Positions 25,422-41,650 of a stretch of DNA of 64,000 nucleotides are shown piece after piece (positions within the stretch are counted from its first letter, which is position 1; each line of letters opens with the position of its first letter). This DNA is from the human T2T-CHM13v2.0 reference genome, Homo sapiens. A program made the position numbers and the translations under genes. The stretch lies in NCBI RefSeq assembly GCF_009914755.1, contig NC_060942.1; one strand, 5' to 3'. The notes below the pieces were generated by a model. That model did not search any database and was not told the origin of the DNA. It was given only the letters and a program-made list of their open reading frames with translations.

Positions 25422-26059
25422 TCAGACCCAGAATGGTATAAACAGGAAAAAAAATCAGAGCCTGAATACTGTAAAAGAGAAAAGAATATAGCTTTTCTTT
25501 AATTATACTTCTTATTGCTTTTCACCAGTTTGTTGTTGAAGAGGAACTGGACATTATTTCTACAACCATCAGTTACTAATTTATTGTTTGTAAGCTTGTA
25601 ACTAATTTTATCACAATCTCCACACAAAGTTCTTCCAATACTGAGGATTCAGTATTTTTCCATTAAGTATTTGTTAGTTCCTTCATAAAATTAAAGTAAA
25701 AAATATTATCTTCAAGGGCTATTAAAGACTTGTATCTAAGCAGGTAGTAACTACACCACTGATAATTGCAGTCATGAATCTGGATTTTAGAGTAGACAGA
25801 CTTAGTAAGTGTTCTTCCCAACTAATCATTACCTTTCTGTCTGGGTAGACTTCATATTACATGTGGAACTTCAGGTCTTAGTTACAACTGAGTAACTAAG
25901 TTTCTTTCTATGTGTTCATCAAAGACAAAACCAAATTTGTTTTCTGGTGGGAAAAGCTCTTGGTAAAATCATGAGCTTATTATATATGCTTAGATTTCTT
26001 GGTCTACTAATTTGTTAAAAGTCCTCTATTATATGAAACATGTAGCGAGGGAAAATTGA

Positions 26060-26378
26060 TGTGACATGGATTATACTTGAATCTGAAAGATATTATGCCA
26101 ATCACAAAATACTACATATTAACCTAATTTGATTTATATAAATTGTTGTCCACAATAAGCAACTCTATAGTCAGAAAGCAAGTCTGTGGTTGCCTAGGGT
26201 TGGAAGAGTGGGGAAATGGGGAGTGAATGCTAATGGATGAGGCTTCTTTGGGGGATGATGAAATGTTCTAAAATTAGATTCTGTGATCATTGCTGAGCTC
26301 TGTAAATACAATAAATTCTATTGAAGTATATACTTTGGTGAATTTTATAGTCTAAATTACAGCTTTTTAAAATAAAAA
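26060..26378 (+). mobile_element. Old L1M (MB/ME-like) 3' end
   Basis: GTGGTTGCCTAGGGTTGG..GGGAGTGAATGCTAATGG..GGGGATGATGAAATGTTCTAAAATTAGAT. Confidence 0.8.
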
Positions 26379-27130
26379 CAGATGGCAAGGAAATGAAGGA
26401 AGCATTTAGGTACATTGAGACTGGGACTACTGGAGACTGATGTGGTGGATAAATGCCTTCCAGGAGCATTAGCACCATGGGAGAGTGCATGAGTCTGCCT
26501 GGACCTCAGAAGGCAACTGACAAAATGCTATGGTCAATCATGAGAGCAAAACCCATAGGAAAATAGCCTGCTTCCAATAGGTACCAATGGTCATTTGGAA
26601 GGATAGATAGTGCTCACTGTCTCTAGTGCCAGCAGGAGATGCTTTTATGCACCCTCCACACCTGTTACCACTGACGATTCCTGCCCAACCCTCTCCTTGA
26701 GCTTCCACATGCTTAAATGCCCTCAGTCATTTTACTGAAGTCATTTGGCTGAAAGATGTGTTTCTTAACAAACCACACATTCTAGGTGAGCAAACACGAG
26801 GGGCTAATATATTCTATATGAGTAAGAAGATGAACTTTCGGTATGCATGAAGCAGAAAAGTCATCTTCAAGGCAAGATCATGAGGGCAGTATACCTGTGG
26901 GACTGAGTAGCCAACAATACATCTAATTGCTGTAACAGAAAATTCCAGAATGACCAGATGGTTAAACTGATGTGTCTTGGTGTAGAAGGAGCAAGAAGTA
27001 TAAATCTAGAGTTTCTAGCAAAAAGAGAGAAAGTGACTAGGGAAGTAGTGTGGGCTTCAGTGGTTCCTAAACACTTTGACCCAATATACTGGCATCAGCT
27101 GGGGAGCTTCCCAGAATTCATCACAAGATA

Positions 27131-27528
27131 TAGTCAGTTCTGCTATAATGTGACATACACATTCCTAAATTCACCATGCTGTGCTAACTTATGCATCAGA
27201 AACTATGAGGCTTATGGGGAAACAAGGTGAAGGGCAGATAACTAAGGTAACACAAAAAAAATAAAATAAGACCTTAATAAAAGCCAGTAGTGCAGCTTTT
27301 TACTTGTTATATGGTCAAGAAACACATAAATACTATAATAAATATAGCAATTGACCTTGAAGAAGACCTGAACTTTGTTTTCATCCAAAGGGTTGCAGCT
27401 TGTGAATTACAGTGAAGTGGTAGAAGGAGGGTTATCTGGCATTGCACAAAATGTTACAAGACCAAGCAGGAATGAGTGCAGCTCATAACACATTCAGTGA
27501 ATGGAGGTAGCTGGTACCTGACTGAGGG

Positions 27529-27572
<44 letters not shown>

Positions 27573-27746
27573 TGTCGTCTACCTACAAGGCTTAGTTGGC
27601 TAGGTATAGATTCCTACATTTTCCTTGTACTTCCCATGTACAAAAATAGTCCATGCAAACATGAAATTTACATTATGCTCCAATTATGTTCCAATTTCAT
27701 TGGAACAAATTCACATTTTTAAAACAGACGTCAAAGCAGAATTATA
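27131..27746. mobile_element. Tigger13a-like DNA transposon, apparently inside a MER5-like fossil
   Basis: AGTCAGTTCTGCTATAATG.. start and ..AAAGCAGAATTAT end (degenerate TIRs); GGCTTATGGGGAAA. Confidence 0.65.
27530..27569. repeat. (TG)20 microsatellite
   Basis: Direct reading. Confidence 0.98.
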
Positions 27747-28194
27747 TCTATTCTGATCAGGAGGTCAAAGAGACTGTATTTTTAAAGTCCCTTAGACACC
27801 AATATCCAAGCAGCTCCCTCTAGTGAACCAGGTTGCTCAGTTCTTACCTGTAATAGGCATCAGAGCAGGCCTGAGACTATACACTGAAAGGGACTAATTT
27901 GCTTTTAGAACTTTAGACATGAATCACAAAGATCAGCTCTCACACCCTAACCTACAACAGTGGAGAGCTGATAAATTCATTGTTTAGGTTCCTCATCTAA
28001 AATCAGGGAAATTAAGACTTTGAGAAGTTGAAGTTTGGTAAAGAATTTAATATGGGGTGCCAGGAATAAAGTCAAATCACCAAAAGATGGAGTTTGCACC
28101 TCACTCTTTACCTTAAATTCAGACAATCCCAAAGCATGCAGAGAGAAGGGCCTCTCAGGATTTAACACAATTCGACTGTGTTTTAGAATTATTT

Positions 28195-28325
28195 ATGCAT
28201 GTGTCTTATTCCTTCACTAAACATGTGATAAACAGAAACTTTATCTTATTTGTCTTTGTGTTCTTAATAGTACCTAGCACAAGGTTTTGTTCAGATACTC
28301 AAACAGTATGCTGAATAGAATAGCA
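28195..28325 (+). mobile_element. L2 3' end fragment
   Basis: TCTTATTTGTCTTTGTG..GTACCTAGCACA..TACTCAAACAGTATGCTGAAT. Confidence 0.65.
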
Positions 28326-29794
28326 GATGATACAACAAAGCAAAATAGATTAACTGAATAAATGTGCTAATCTATTGGCTCAGGTAGGAAATTCCACTGC
28401 AAATGGCTGAGCAGCAACACATAGCAACAGAAAAAAATGAAAATTGGACTACCATTTATTTGTGTATTAAGAGTCTCCAGAGTTAACTGAAACCACTGAA
28501 GCTGCTGGAGCTTCCCATCTGAAAATGGGACAACTCCTGCTGGCCTCATCACAGGTGTCAAGTTAGCCTTGCCATGTCCCATATGCATGTGCCACTCTAT
28601 GTTCTTTTCCTGCTCTTGTCTGTGGGTAGGGAGTAAACTGCTCCCTGTAAATCTATTCACACTCTTTCACACATTCCTCGAATATGTATGGCTGTCCTGG
28701 AAAGCCATTCCCTGAAAGGGTTAAGATGCCTCCTTTAAACAGTCATAGAGCAGCAGATGGCACATTTGCTAACCAAAATGATGTTGCTCTCACTTGGGTC
28801 TAAATTTCCTCCCTCCACCTGGCATCCCAGACAGCTGTGTGAGCTCCATCTGCCCACCTTGAATTCATCAGGTGAATGCTCCATTTCCTTAATTGAGGTT
28901 AAGCTAACCCAAGTAATCAAAGACAAGTATGGAATGTTCCCTGTCATCACCATGCCACTGATATATATAACACCCATTCCTGCAGTAGTAAGCCCCACTT
29001 TAATACACAGAAAGCATAGCACAGTGAATGAAAAGACAGATCATGATAGCAGACAGGACACTTTTCAAGGGTTCATGGCTGACCGCAGGTGTCATTCTTC
29101 CTCCTTAAAGTAAGTGCCTTAGGAAAGCTTCCATTCACCCACAAGAACACTGACAGGTAACAGATACCTCCCAAATCCATGCCACCACCACCTATGCATA
29201 TTTTATATGAGGGTCTCTCAGGGAACAGCTGGTGCTGGGCCTGCAGATCCTCCCACTAGCCCTATATTCATTTGTCAAGGGCTCTAATTGCCAAGCATTG
29301 ATCTGGGCATAGAGAATACAATGGAGTACAAGATAGGCGAAATTCCCTGTCTCATTATGCTTACATTTCAGTGGGAGACAATTAATAGGTACACAGATAG
29401 ACATATTTGACACTTCGTTATAAGAATTTTGAAGACTACAGATTAATAGTTACTGAGGACAGAATGGAGGATAGCAAGTTGTGGAGGGAAACAAAATCCT
29501 GTAGGTAGCGGGGTAATGACTAGGTAAGAAAGGATACTACCATAGTCTGAGGAATGTGGCTCCCTAAGTAAATGCCACTTGGAATGAGACTTTGCTTCTT
29601 TGGTCACTGAACTCTTCCTTTATAATTACTGAAGCCATAGATGGAAGGCCATACATACATAGTTGGTGATAATAAATAAAAAGTAGTCCATAGATTAGTC
29701 CAAAATGAAAAAAACATATATAGCAACATTCTCCAACCAAATTGGGGGCAGGGGAGAACAAGAAAGAAAAAAAAGTAACAACAGAAGACTACTG

Positions 29795-33230
<3,436 letters not shown>

Positions 33231-33327
33231 GACTTTTTTTTAAAAAAAACCTATTGTCCTATAAATGTAAACATTCTCTTGTAAATAACTTCTGGATTAA
33301 AAAGGAAATAAACTGTGAACTGAAATT

Positions 33328-33440
33328 CACTCTACAAATATTTACTGAACCCCCATTAAGTGCTAGTGTCCCTTCTAGATGCTGGGAATTCTCCATGAAC
33401 AATGGTCAAAAAATGTCTGCCTTCATGGGACTTAATTTTA
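33328..33440 (-). mobile_element. L2 3' tip within an old L1M ORF2 remnant
   Basis: ACAAATATTTACTGAAC..CTAGATGCTGGGAAT..TCTGCCTTCATGGGACTTA, flanked by L1 ORF2-like sequence at 33260-33325 and 33455-33560. Confidence 0.6.
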
Positions 33441-33769
33441 ATGAAGTTTCACTTTGCTTAAAATGAACAGTAAAATCACTGCTTTTCACAACCAATGGGA
33501 TGTGGCCAATACAATACTCAAAGGTAAATTTATAGACTTAAATTCATACGCTAGAAAAAATTTTAATGTTTATCAAAATGTTAAAAGTGCATATTTCTGA
33601 CAACAATTCTATTAGGAATCTGACAGAAATACTTGACACCTGTGCAATTATATATGTACAAATATGCACATGGCAGCATTGTTTATATTAGCAAAAAATT
33701 TAAAAATTTAAAGTAGAATGTTTAATTATGGCTAATCTTTAGGAATCATCAGTTTCCATCCCAGATAAT

Positions 33770-34037
33770 GTGATAGTCATGAGGTCTTTGTGTAAAAGAA
33801 GAGGAAATGTCATCTATAATGGAGATCAACAGTGAAGAAGGGAGGGGTTCTTCTCTGGTGCCTTTTAGTCTTTTACAACATTTCACAAAACAGTATAGGT
33901 AAGGAAGAGGCTAATCTATAATCAGAGAAACAAAGGTTACAGCTGCCTGTCATGTGACTGGGATCCCATAATCACCTTTAAGTCCCAAAATAATTTAAAG
34001 TTGCAACAGGTTTGATTTTGAATTACTTATTCTTACA
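33770..34037 (-). mobile_element. MER34-like ERV1 LTR fragment
   Basis: Minus strand TGTAAGAATAAGTAATTCAAAATCAAACCTGTTGCAACTTTAAATTATTTTG..CACATGACAGGCAGCTGTAACC. Confidence 0.7.
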
Positions 34038-34039
34038 GC

Positions 34040-35030
34040 TCCTACCGGCCAAAGATGGGACAATTTAAGTGACAATACGAGTAGTAATTCTGATGGATTG
34101 AAACACATCAGTTATGTTTAAATCTATGAATTCATGCTACTACTAAATACCTCATTAATTGTATTTAGTGAATGTTCAGGAACCAGTCCAAAATATTGAT
34201 AACAGGTAATAAAAGCAGAGTGGGGAAAATTAAGCAGGTACCCCATTTTGTTATACAAAATGTACCTCAAGGTAACCATAATTGATGAGGAAAATTTTCT
34301 CATTATAGAATCATTCTAATTAAAAAGCAAAAGATGACCAAATTAGATTTTACATTACTTAATAAACTAGTGATCATCAATGGTTGCTAATATTACAAAA
34401 GGAGATAAAACTAAACATTATGTTCCTCCTGATAGAAGGTACCATTTATGAAGCAGTCTTGCCAAAAGAAATCAAACTTGAATCTGATTAGCCCACTAGG
34501 TTGAACTACCAATTTACAGGAAGTACAGAGGACAAAGGAACCTGTTACACTACACAACATAGACACAATAGACACGTTGTTGGAAAACTCTACAAAACAA
34601 AGGACTTAGCTTCTTCAACAAAATATCAATAAAAAGAAAAAAGAGAAAAAAAAACAGATTTTTAAAAAAGACTTAAAAGACCTTATTTGGATCCTGATTC
34701 AAAAAAACCTCAAAGAGTAAGTATTGACTAGTTATTCAATGCTATTAAGAAATTGTGGGGTTTTTTGGAATTGTGTAATGCTGACATTGTGGTTACATTT
34801 AAGAAGAGTCCTTATCTTTTAGAGATACATCCTAAAATATTTGCATGTAAAAATAATGATATCTGGAATTTGCTTCAAAAATCAGGGGAAGGGGCATAGA
34901 GTAATGGGAAAGTTATAATACGCTCAAAAGTTGATAACTGTTGAATCCCAGAGATATATACACACAGGGGTTTATTATACTGTTCTACTTTTGTGTATGT
35001 TTAAAATTCTTCATAATTAAGAGTTAAAAG
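34040..35030 (+). mobile_element. L1MC4-like 3' UTR
   Basis: GGCCAAAGATGGGACAATTT, TGAATCTGATTAGCC..ACCAATTTACAGGAA, TTTGGATCCTGATTCAAA, CCTTATCTTTTAGAGATACAT. Confidence 0.8.
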
Positions 35031-35499
35031 CTGGTCAGACTGCATGAAAGTGACACCGAGCCCCAAAGAATTAGATAAACATCCTCCGGTTTCCATTGTC
35101 TATTATTCTACTAGGGAAAAAACATAATCTTATGTTTTTAACTTGTCTCGTTCTTTTCTTAAGTCGCTGAATTTGGGAAAGTTTTGTTTTCTTTATTTCA
35201 GTGAACCAATCTGTTTTCTCATGAAGGAAAATCAATAGCAACTTGACAGGATCTTTCCAGTCCTTTTCCCAACTCATCCACGGCTTCGGCAGCAGGATGC
35301 CCATAAAGTATCCTATTTGGGGTTTTCCCTCCTGAACTGGTTCTCTTACTTCAAGACACACACTCATCATTGGCTTATGCATGGCCCACATTCCTTAGTT
35401 ATTTTTATAACTCAGCACCTGCAAACTCATAAACCAAAACAATAGCCAAGACCTTGCAAATAATCTACAAATAGTCACGCATCTCTCCTTATATCAAAT

Positions 35500-35915
35500 T
35501 CCTGCCTCCTCCTCTACCTGCTCAAAGTAACCATCTTCCTAAATTCCATATCCATTATTTCCTTGCTTTCCTTTTTAGACTGTTCACTTGCATTCATTTT
35601 GCTTGTTTTCAACTTAATACAAAAGATATGCCATAATATGTTGGGCCTTATTTTTTTCACATAGCAGCACATCACCAAGATTCATCCATATTTTTGGGTC
35701 ACCGTGTAGTTCATTTGTTCTGCCTACTGAATATGTCATTGTATGATTTTTTTCCACTTATTCATCCAGTCTCTGAATGGGCATTTGCATTGTTTCTAGA
35801 GTTGTACTGATCAGAACTGTTATAAACCATCTTGTATATGTCTCCAGTTGTGCAAGCATGAGTTTCTCTTGTATGTGTTGCAGGATGAAACCTCTGGGTG
35901 ACAGGAGATACAAGA
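35500..35915 (-). mobile_element. L1ME-like fragment
   Basis: AGATTCATCCAT..GTAGTTCATTT..GGGCATTTGCATTGTTTC..TATAAACCATCTTGTATATGTCTCC. Confidence 0.65.
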
Positions 35916-37424
35916 CAGTGATGCCTCCCATTCACTTTCCATCTGTAAAACCTTTCCTGCAGAAACACAAGCCTTATGTCTATCCCACAAAGGTGACCGT
36001 CCTATGCTTTGTCTATCATGGTTTGTTGCTGCTCTTTCTACCAGCGCTAATTTTTCCAGCCCTGGGGTAATCTAAGACATTTGTTTTCACATTTAGTGCT
36101 TCCGAATAATTGAAGAAAAAGTACTAGTGGAATCACTCTGAGCTTGGAGAGCTCCAGACATCTTTAATTGGCACAACTTTTGCAGGCAAAGTGATAGAAA
36201 TTAAACTGACTGCTAACTATCTGCATTTCTTTTCTATGCTGCAATCAAGAAAAAAGATGCGACCTTCTTCTCAATCCACACAGAAATGAAATCTATTCCA
36301 ATTTTCATTTTAAGCACAATATTGACAAATTTATTCTGATATATTTAATGTTGTACTTATGGTTTCCCCCTGCTTTTCTAAGGGGACAGATTTTAAAATG
36401 AGTAACTCTTGGGACACTACCAACATTTGTCAATCTCTTCAAATGAACCCTTCTCATATATTATAATACAAGCAAAACCACTACTTGAGGAAATAAATTG
36501 CTCCCTGACTTGAAAGAGAAATTAAGGAATGTAGAGTTTTCCGCCATCTACAGAATGTCTATACCATTTGCTCACCTCAAGTTAACTCTCACCTCTAGGA
36601 TCAGGCACCAGCAGGGTGATGTGGAGAAATTTTTTTCTTCGTACTTTAATCAGAGAAAGAGAACATAAGTACTTGAAGATTCATAATATTAACAGTCTCA
36701 TTAGAGTTTCTTAAATGCTGTTTTAAATTAGGATAATTTTAAATTATGTGATGTAACAACTATATAAACATAAAATGCTTTAATTAGAGACTTGTTTGTG
36801 TGAGAAAGAAAAAAAAATCCACTTGAAGCATCAATCTGGCACTCTGCATTAACTTCCAACAGCCACAAATTCCCACTGGACCACTGAACCTAAGCAATAA
36901 GGCTATATCCATCATCCTGTCTCTAAAATTTAATCTTCACTTGTTTGTAGCCAGGTCTCTGCTCTTTAAAGAAAAAAATCAAGGCAAATAACTTGAGTTG
37001 AATTCTCATTCAAATTCATAGCAACTTCTAGTGTTTCTGAATTTGCTTAATGTATCACACTAATCACAGTCCTTCTGGGCCTCCATAAATATCATGCTAT
37101 GTTACTGACAAAATAAAGGTTTTGGAGTAGCTCAATCTTGAAGGATGATAAAACAAACAAACAAAAAAACTCAAATTCTCCCTCAAGTACTTATTAACAT
37201 TTAAAATCACTTTCTCATTTTAGAATCTGATGAAAGCTATGCACTCCTCCCTTCAAAATATATAATTACAAAAAAGGTTACATACACATTCAGAAGACTT
37301 GTATACCTACTGATGACCACAACAACCTGCCCTCCTTGAATCCCCACACTCAACATTATGTCTTTTTATTATTATATGGAATCTGACCTTATGGGTCAGA
37401 TTCTAACTCTTAAGGTATAAATAC

Positions 37425-38270
37425 TCATTAATTGGTAAGTATGTATGAAGTGTCTACTATGTGCCAAAGATTGCGCTAGACCCTGGGAGTACAATAGAGA
37501 ACGGTTAGACCTGGTCTCTGTCCTCATGGGCCTCATTATCTCGTGGAAGAAACAGATATTAAATTAATCATACCAACAAATGGAGAATATGAATCGTTTA
37601 AGAAGTACAAAAAGGAGGACAGAGTGCTAAGAGAGCCAACAAATGCGCATCTGGCCTGATCAGGAAGGTTTTTGAAGACTTCTCTGAGGTTGTGACAACA
37701 GAGCTGAGGTGAGTTAGCAGGTAGAGAGATGGAAAGAACACTTGAGGGAATAAGGACATCAAGTTCAAAGTCTTTGAGGGAGAGGGAACATGGTATATAC
37801 GAAAGAGTGCCCAAGCACAGACAGTGAGAATGAGGAAGCAAGCTGAGGCTGGAGGGATAGGCAAGGAAAACTCAGGCAGGTCTTACAGCTATGTTGTAAA
37901 ATATTTTTTTCTTTTACTTTGGAGCAATGGGAAGTCAGCAAACAATTTTAATCTGGGAGGTGTGCAACATAATCAGATTTGAATTCTGACAAGTTCATCA
38001 TGCATGCAACATGAAAAATAGATTTGCAGAGGACCATAATGGATGACGGAGACCAGCTTAGAGGTCATTGCCATAGTTTAGTAAGATAAATAACTAGAAG
38101 AGGGTGGTGGTGACAAAAGAGATGAACATTGTTGGATTCAAGTAATATTCAGTTGGGATAATCAACAGGATGCTGTAAAAGATTGGGTTTTTCACCATCT
38201 GCCGATACATAGAACAATGCCTGCCACACAGTCGGTGCTCAACAAACATTTGTTGAGTGAATAATGAACC
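37425..38270 (-). mobile_element. L2 fragment (minus) abutting a short plus-strand L2 3' tip at about 38190-38270
   Basis: GTCTACTATGTGCCAA..CTGTCCTCATGG..TCTCTGAGGTTGTGACA..GAGCAATGGGAAGTCA; tip ACAATGCCTGCCACACAGTCGGTGCTCAACAAACATTTGTTGAGTGAAT. Confidence 0.8.
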
Positions 38271-39339
38271 ATGTGACAAATAATGGCTAAACATAAATTG
38301 TCAAAGAATTTTATATAAGTAAAATTGCTGAAAGAATGTGACGTACAAAAGCTGCAGAGGTAGAAACAGGTTAATAAAAACAGTAATGTGTGAGAGGAGA
38401 ATTTGAGTTGGTTTGACCCTGAACTGGGGGAAAGGGTGCTTAAGGGTCTGGTTTGACTTCCACAATTTCTATAAAGTGAAAACAAGGTAGTGAATTACAA
38501 GGAACAGAAAGCCTGATAGAACAAGGAGAGCACTTTTCACTTTTGTTTAAAGTTAACATTCTGTGATTGTGTAATTTCCATGGAACATGACAAAACAATG
38601 ATTTTGGAGGAAGATGTGGTGGAATACAAACATAACTTTCATAACCAGGCTTGTGCACCTCTCAGCAGTCCCATAATCATACAGCTTAGAAAGTGCCTTT
38701 GTTTTAAAGTCCATAAAAGCAGGTTGCTGTGTGGAAATTTTAGAAAACTAACCACTGGTGTGGGAACAGGACTCTGCAGTTTCTTGTCTCTGTCACAGCC
38801 ATGACCACTGGAGTCCAACCTCAGATTTTTAATAAATCTCTGTGGAAATTGGCCCCTTGTACACTCAAATAATTCACCTTGATATCACTGCATGCACAAC
38901 AGCATATGTATGATGGAAACAGGACAAGCTGTATGTTTTCCAACCTAATCATGTACTAAAATGTTCGTAAGATTCTGTTCCATTAATAAGAATGCAAATT
39001 AATGCATACATAAGGGAGATTCAGTCTTACTTCTAGATTCTTTATGCATTGAAAAAATCTTGATCTTTATTACCTTTGATTTGCTCTTAAATGGAAAGTT
39101 AATTCAATGACCACACTTGCTGTATATTTTGAAACCATATTTTTAAGAAAGTGTATGCATTACATGGAGGCTTCATTCTCCCAATAGTGCTTTCCATCCA
39201 AAGCTGCCATTAATAGGATTATCAGTTTAAAGACAGGCTCATCAATAAGGCTAAGGGTACTCAAAAGTCTCTGAATTTTTCAGAAGTGAAAACAAAAATA
39301 GTGGAATCAAGGACACAGCATTCAATGAATCTTTTAACT

Positions 39340-40423
39340 TGTTGCAGGAAGTCAGGGACCCCGGAGGGACCGGCTGAAGCCATGGCAGAAAAACATAAAT
39401 TGTGAAGATTTCATGGACATTTATTAGTTCCCCAAATTAATACTTTTATAATTTCTTACACCTGTCTTTACCGCAATCTCTGAACATAAATTGTGAAGAT
39501 TTCATGGACACGTATCACTTCCCCAATCAATACCCTTGTGATTTCCTATGCCTGTCTTTACTTTAATCTCTTAATCCCATCATCTTCGTAAACTGAGGAG
39601 GATGTATGTCACCTCAGGACCCTGTGATGATTGTGTTAACTGCTCAAATTATTTGTAGAGCATGTGTGTTTGACAATATGAAATCTGGGCACCTTGAAAA
39701 AAGAAAAGGATAACAGCAATGTTCAGGGAACAAGAGAGATAACCTTAAACTTTGACTGCTGGTGAGCCGGGTGGAAAAGAGCCATATTTCTCTTCTTTCA
39801 AAAGGAAATGGGAGAAATATCACTGAATTCTTTTTCTCAGCAAGGAACATCCTTGAGAAAGAGAATGCGGCCTTGAGGGTAGACCTCTGAAATGGCCGCT
39901 TTGGGGGCAGCCGTCTTTTATGGTTGTAGCTGTAGGGATGAAATAAGCCCCAGCCTCCTGTAGTGCTCCTGTGCTTATTAGGAAGAGGAAATTCCCACCT
40001 AATAAATTTTGGTCAGACTGGTTGTCCGCTCTCAATCCCTGTCTCCTGATAAGAAGTTATCAATGACAATGCATGCCCAAAGCTTCATTAGCAATTTTAA
40101 TTTCGCCCCAGCCCTGTGGTCCTGTGATCTTGCCCTGCCTTCATTTACCTTGTGATATCTTATTACCTTGTGAAACATGTCATCCCTGTGACCCACATCC
40201 TATTTGTACACTCCCTCCCCTTTTGAAAATCACTAATAAAAACTTGCTGGTTTTGCAGCTTAGGGGGCATCACGGAACCTGCCAACATGTGATGTCTCCC
40301 CTGGACACCTAGCTTTAAAATTTCTCCTTTTGTACTCTGTCCCTTTATTTCTCAGACCGGCCAATACTTAGGGAAAATAGAAAAGAACCTACATGAAATA
40401 TCGGGGGTGAATTTCGCCCAATA
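39340..40423 (+). mobile_element. MER11 (HERV-K11/HML-8) solo LTR, MER11B/C-like
   Basis: TGTTGCAGGAAGTCAGGGACCCC start; internal duplicated AACATAAATTGTGAAGATTTCATGGACA; AATAAA near 40235; 6-bp TSD TTAACT/TCAACT. Confidence 0.93.
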
Positions 40424-41499
40424 TCAACTGAGAGGTGATCTCTCTTATAGTAGCATTTCCCCCATCATCATCTAGGCTGGAGTTCCCTAACATTTATGTT
40501 AATAGGAGCTATTTTTAATTTTCCCTATGGTCTTAAGATTTGAAAGGTAGAGGACTTCTTGATTTATGTCTGGAGAAAAAAACACAGAAAATGAAATCTG
40601 AGTAAAGATAAATTTAAGGCTTTAGTATTTGAACACATCAGGGCAAGGAAAGATACCATCAATTTTTCTGTCATCCTCTCTGGTCACTGATGGATTGACT
40701 AGTGCAATTGGCTTGAAATTATGCCAAATAAAATTTTAATGCCCACTGACCTGCTATTTGGAGATTCCATAAGCTAAGTTTCTTTGTTAACTGTTTGTGT
40801 AGTAGCTTGACCCTTAGGCAGGTTGGGAACACCCAGCCCAGAAAACCTGTGTAATGAGAATTAGGAGCAATGGAGATAGAGTGTAAACTCTTAGCAACCA
40901 GATAGTACTCATTGCAAGCCACTTCTCCCATCTTCACAAATGATTTTGATCCTCAAAGGTGGTCCAATCCCACCTACTTTACTACATTCCTTACTGTATT
41001 CACCACAGAGATGTCTGGCTCCAAATATGTGAATGCTGCCTCAAAGATGGGTTCTAATAAATGGCTCTATTTAGACAAGGTGAAGATTAAGATTACTTTG
41101 GCATTCTTATATACTCAACTCTTAATTATCCACATTAATAAAAGAATCAAGGGGATAAGAGTTCAAAATTAAGGATAATACAAAAGTAATTTATATTTGG
41201 CTTTAGTATTCATTATGTGATTTTGAGGGTAAGCAAATTAACTTTCTAATTATAATTTGGCTTTTCAGAATGAGTTTCTATTCTTCTCAATTAGCTCGTG
41301 TTGAAAGCCAGCTAGTGGTGTGCTAGAAGTCAAATTAAATTTGACCTGGAATTTATAAGTTTCTGCAAATGGCTCACCCATAAATTATCAAAGTCAATTT
41401 TTTCTGCTTCACAGAGGAGGTCCAGGCCACACCAATAGCCTATGGAGAGCCAAGGTTTAAGGTAATCTAATTACATAGATTCAGAATCAGATACAGTAT

Positions 41500-41650
41500 C
41501 GGATATCACAGACTTCAAGACAAGAGTATTACTTGAGAAAGTCATTTCAACAGGGAAGCATAACAATTCAAAACTTACATCTAATAACATAGCCCCCAAA
41601 ATATGTAAAGTAAAAAAGGTCTCAGAACTAAAAGAATAAATGGACCATCT
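41500..41650 (+). mobile_element. Old L1M ORF2 endonuclease fragment
   Basis: CAGACTTCAAGACAAGAGTATTAC..CTAATAACATAGCCCCCAAAATATGTAAAG. Confidence 0.55.

Noticed and set aside
39390-39560. Tandem duplication of about 91 bp, superficially repeat-spacer-like
   Set aside because: Only two copies, and as I recall it is a standard internal feature of MER11 LTRs; not CRISPR.
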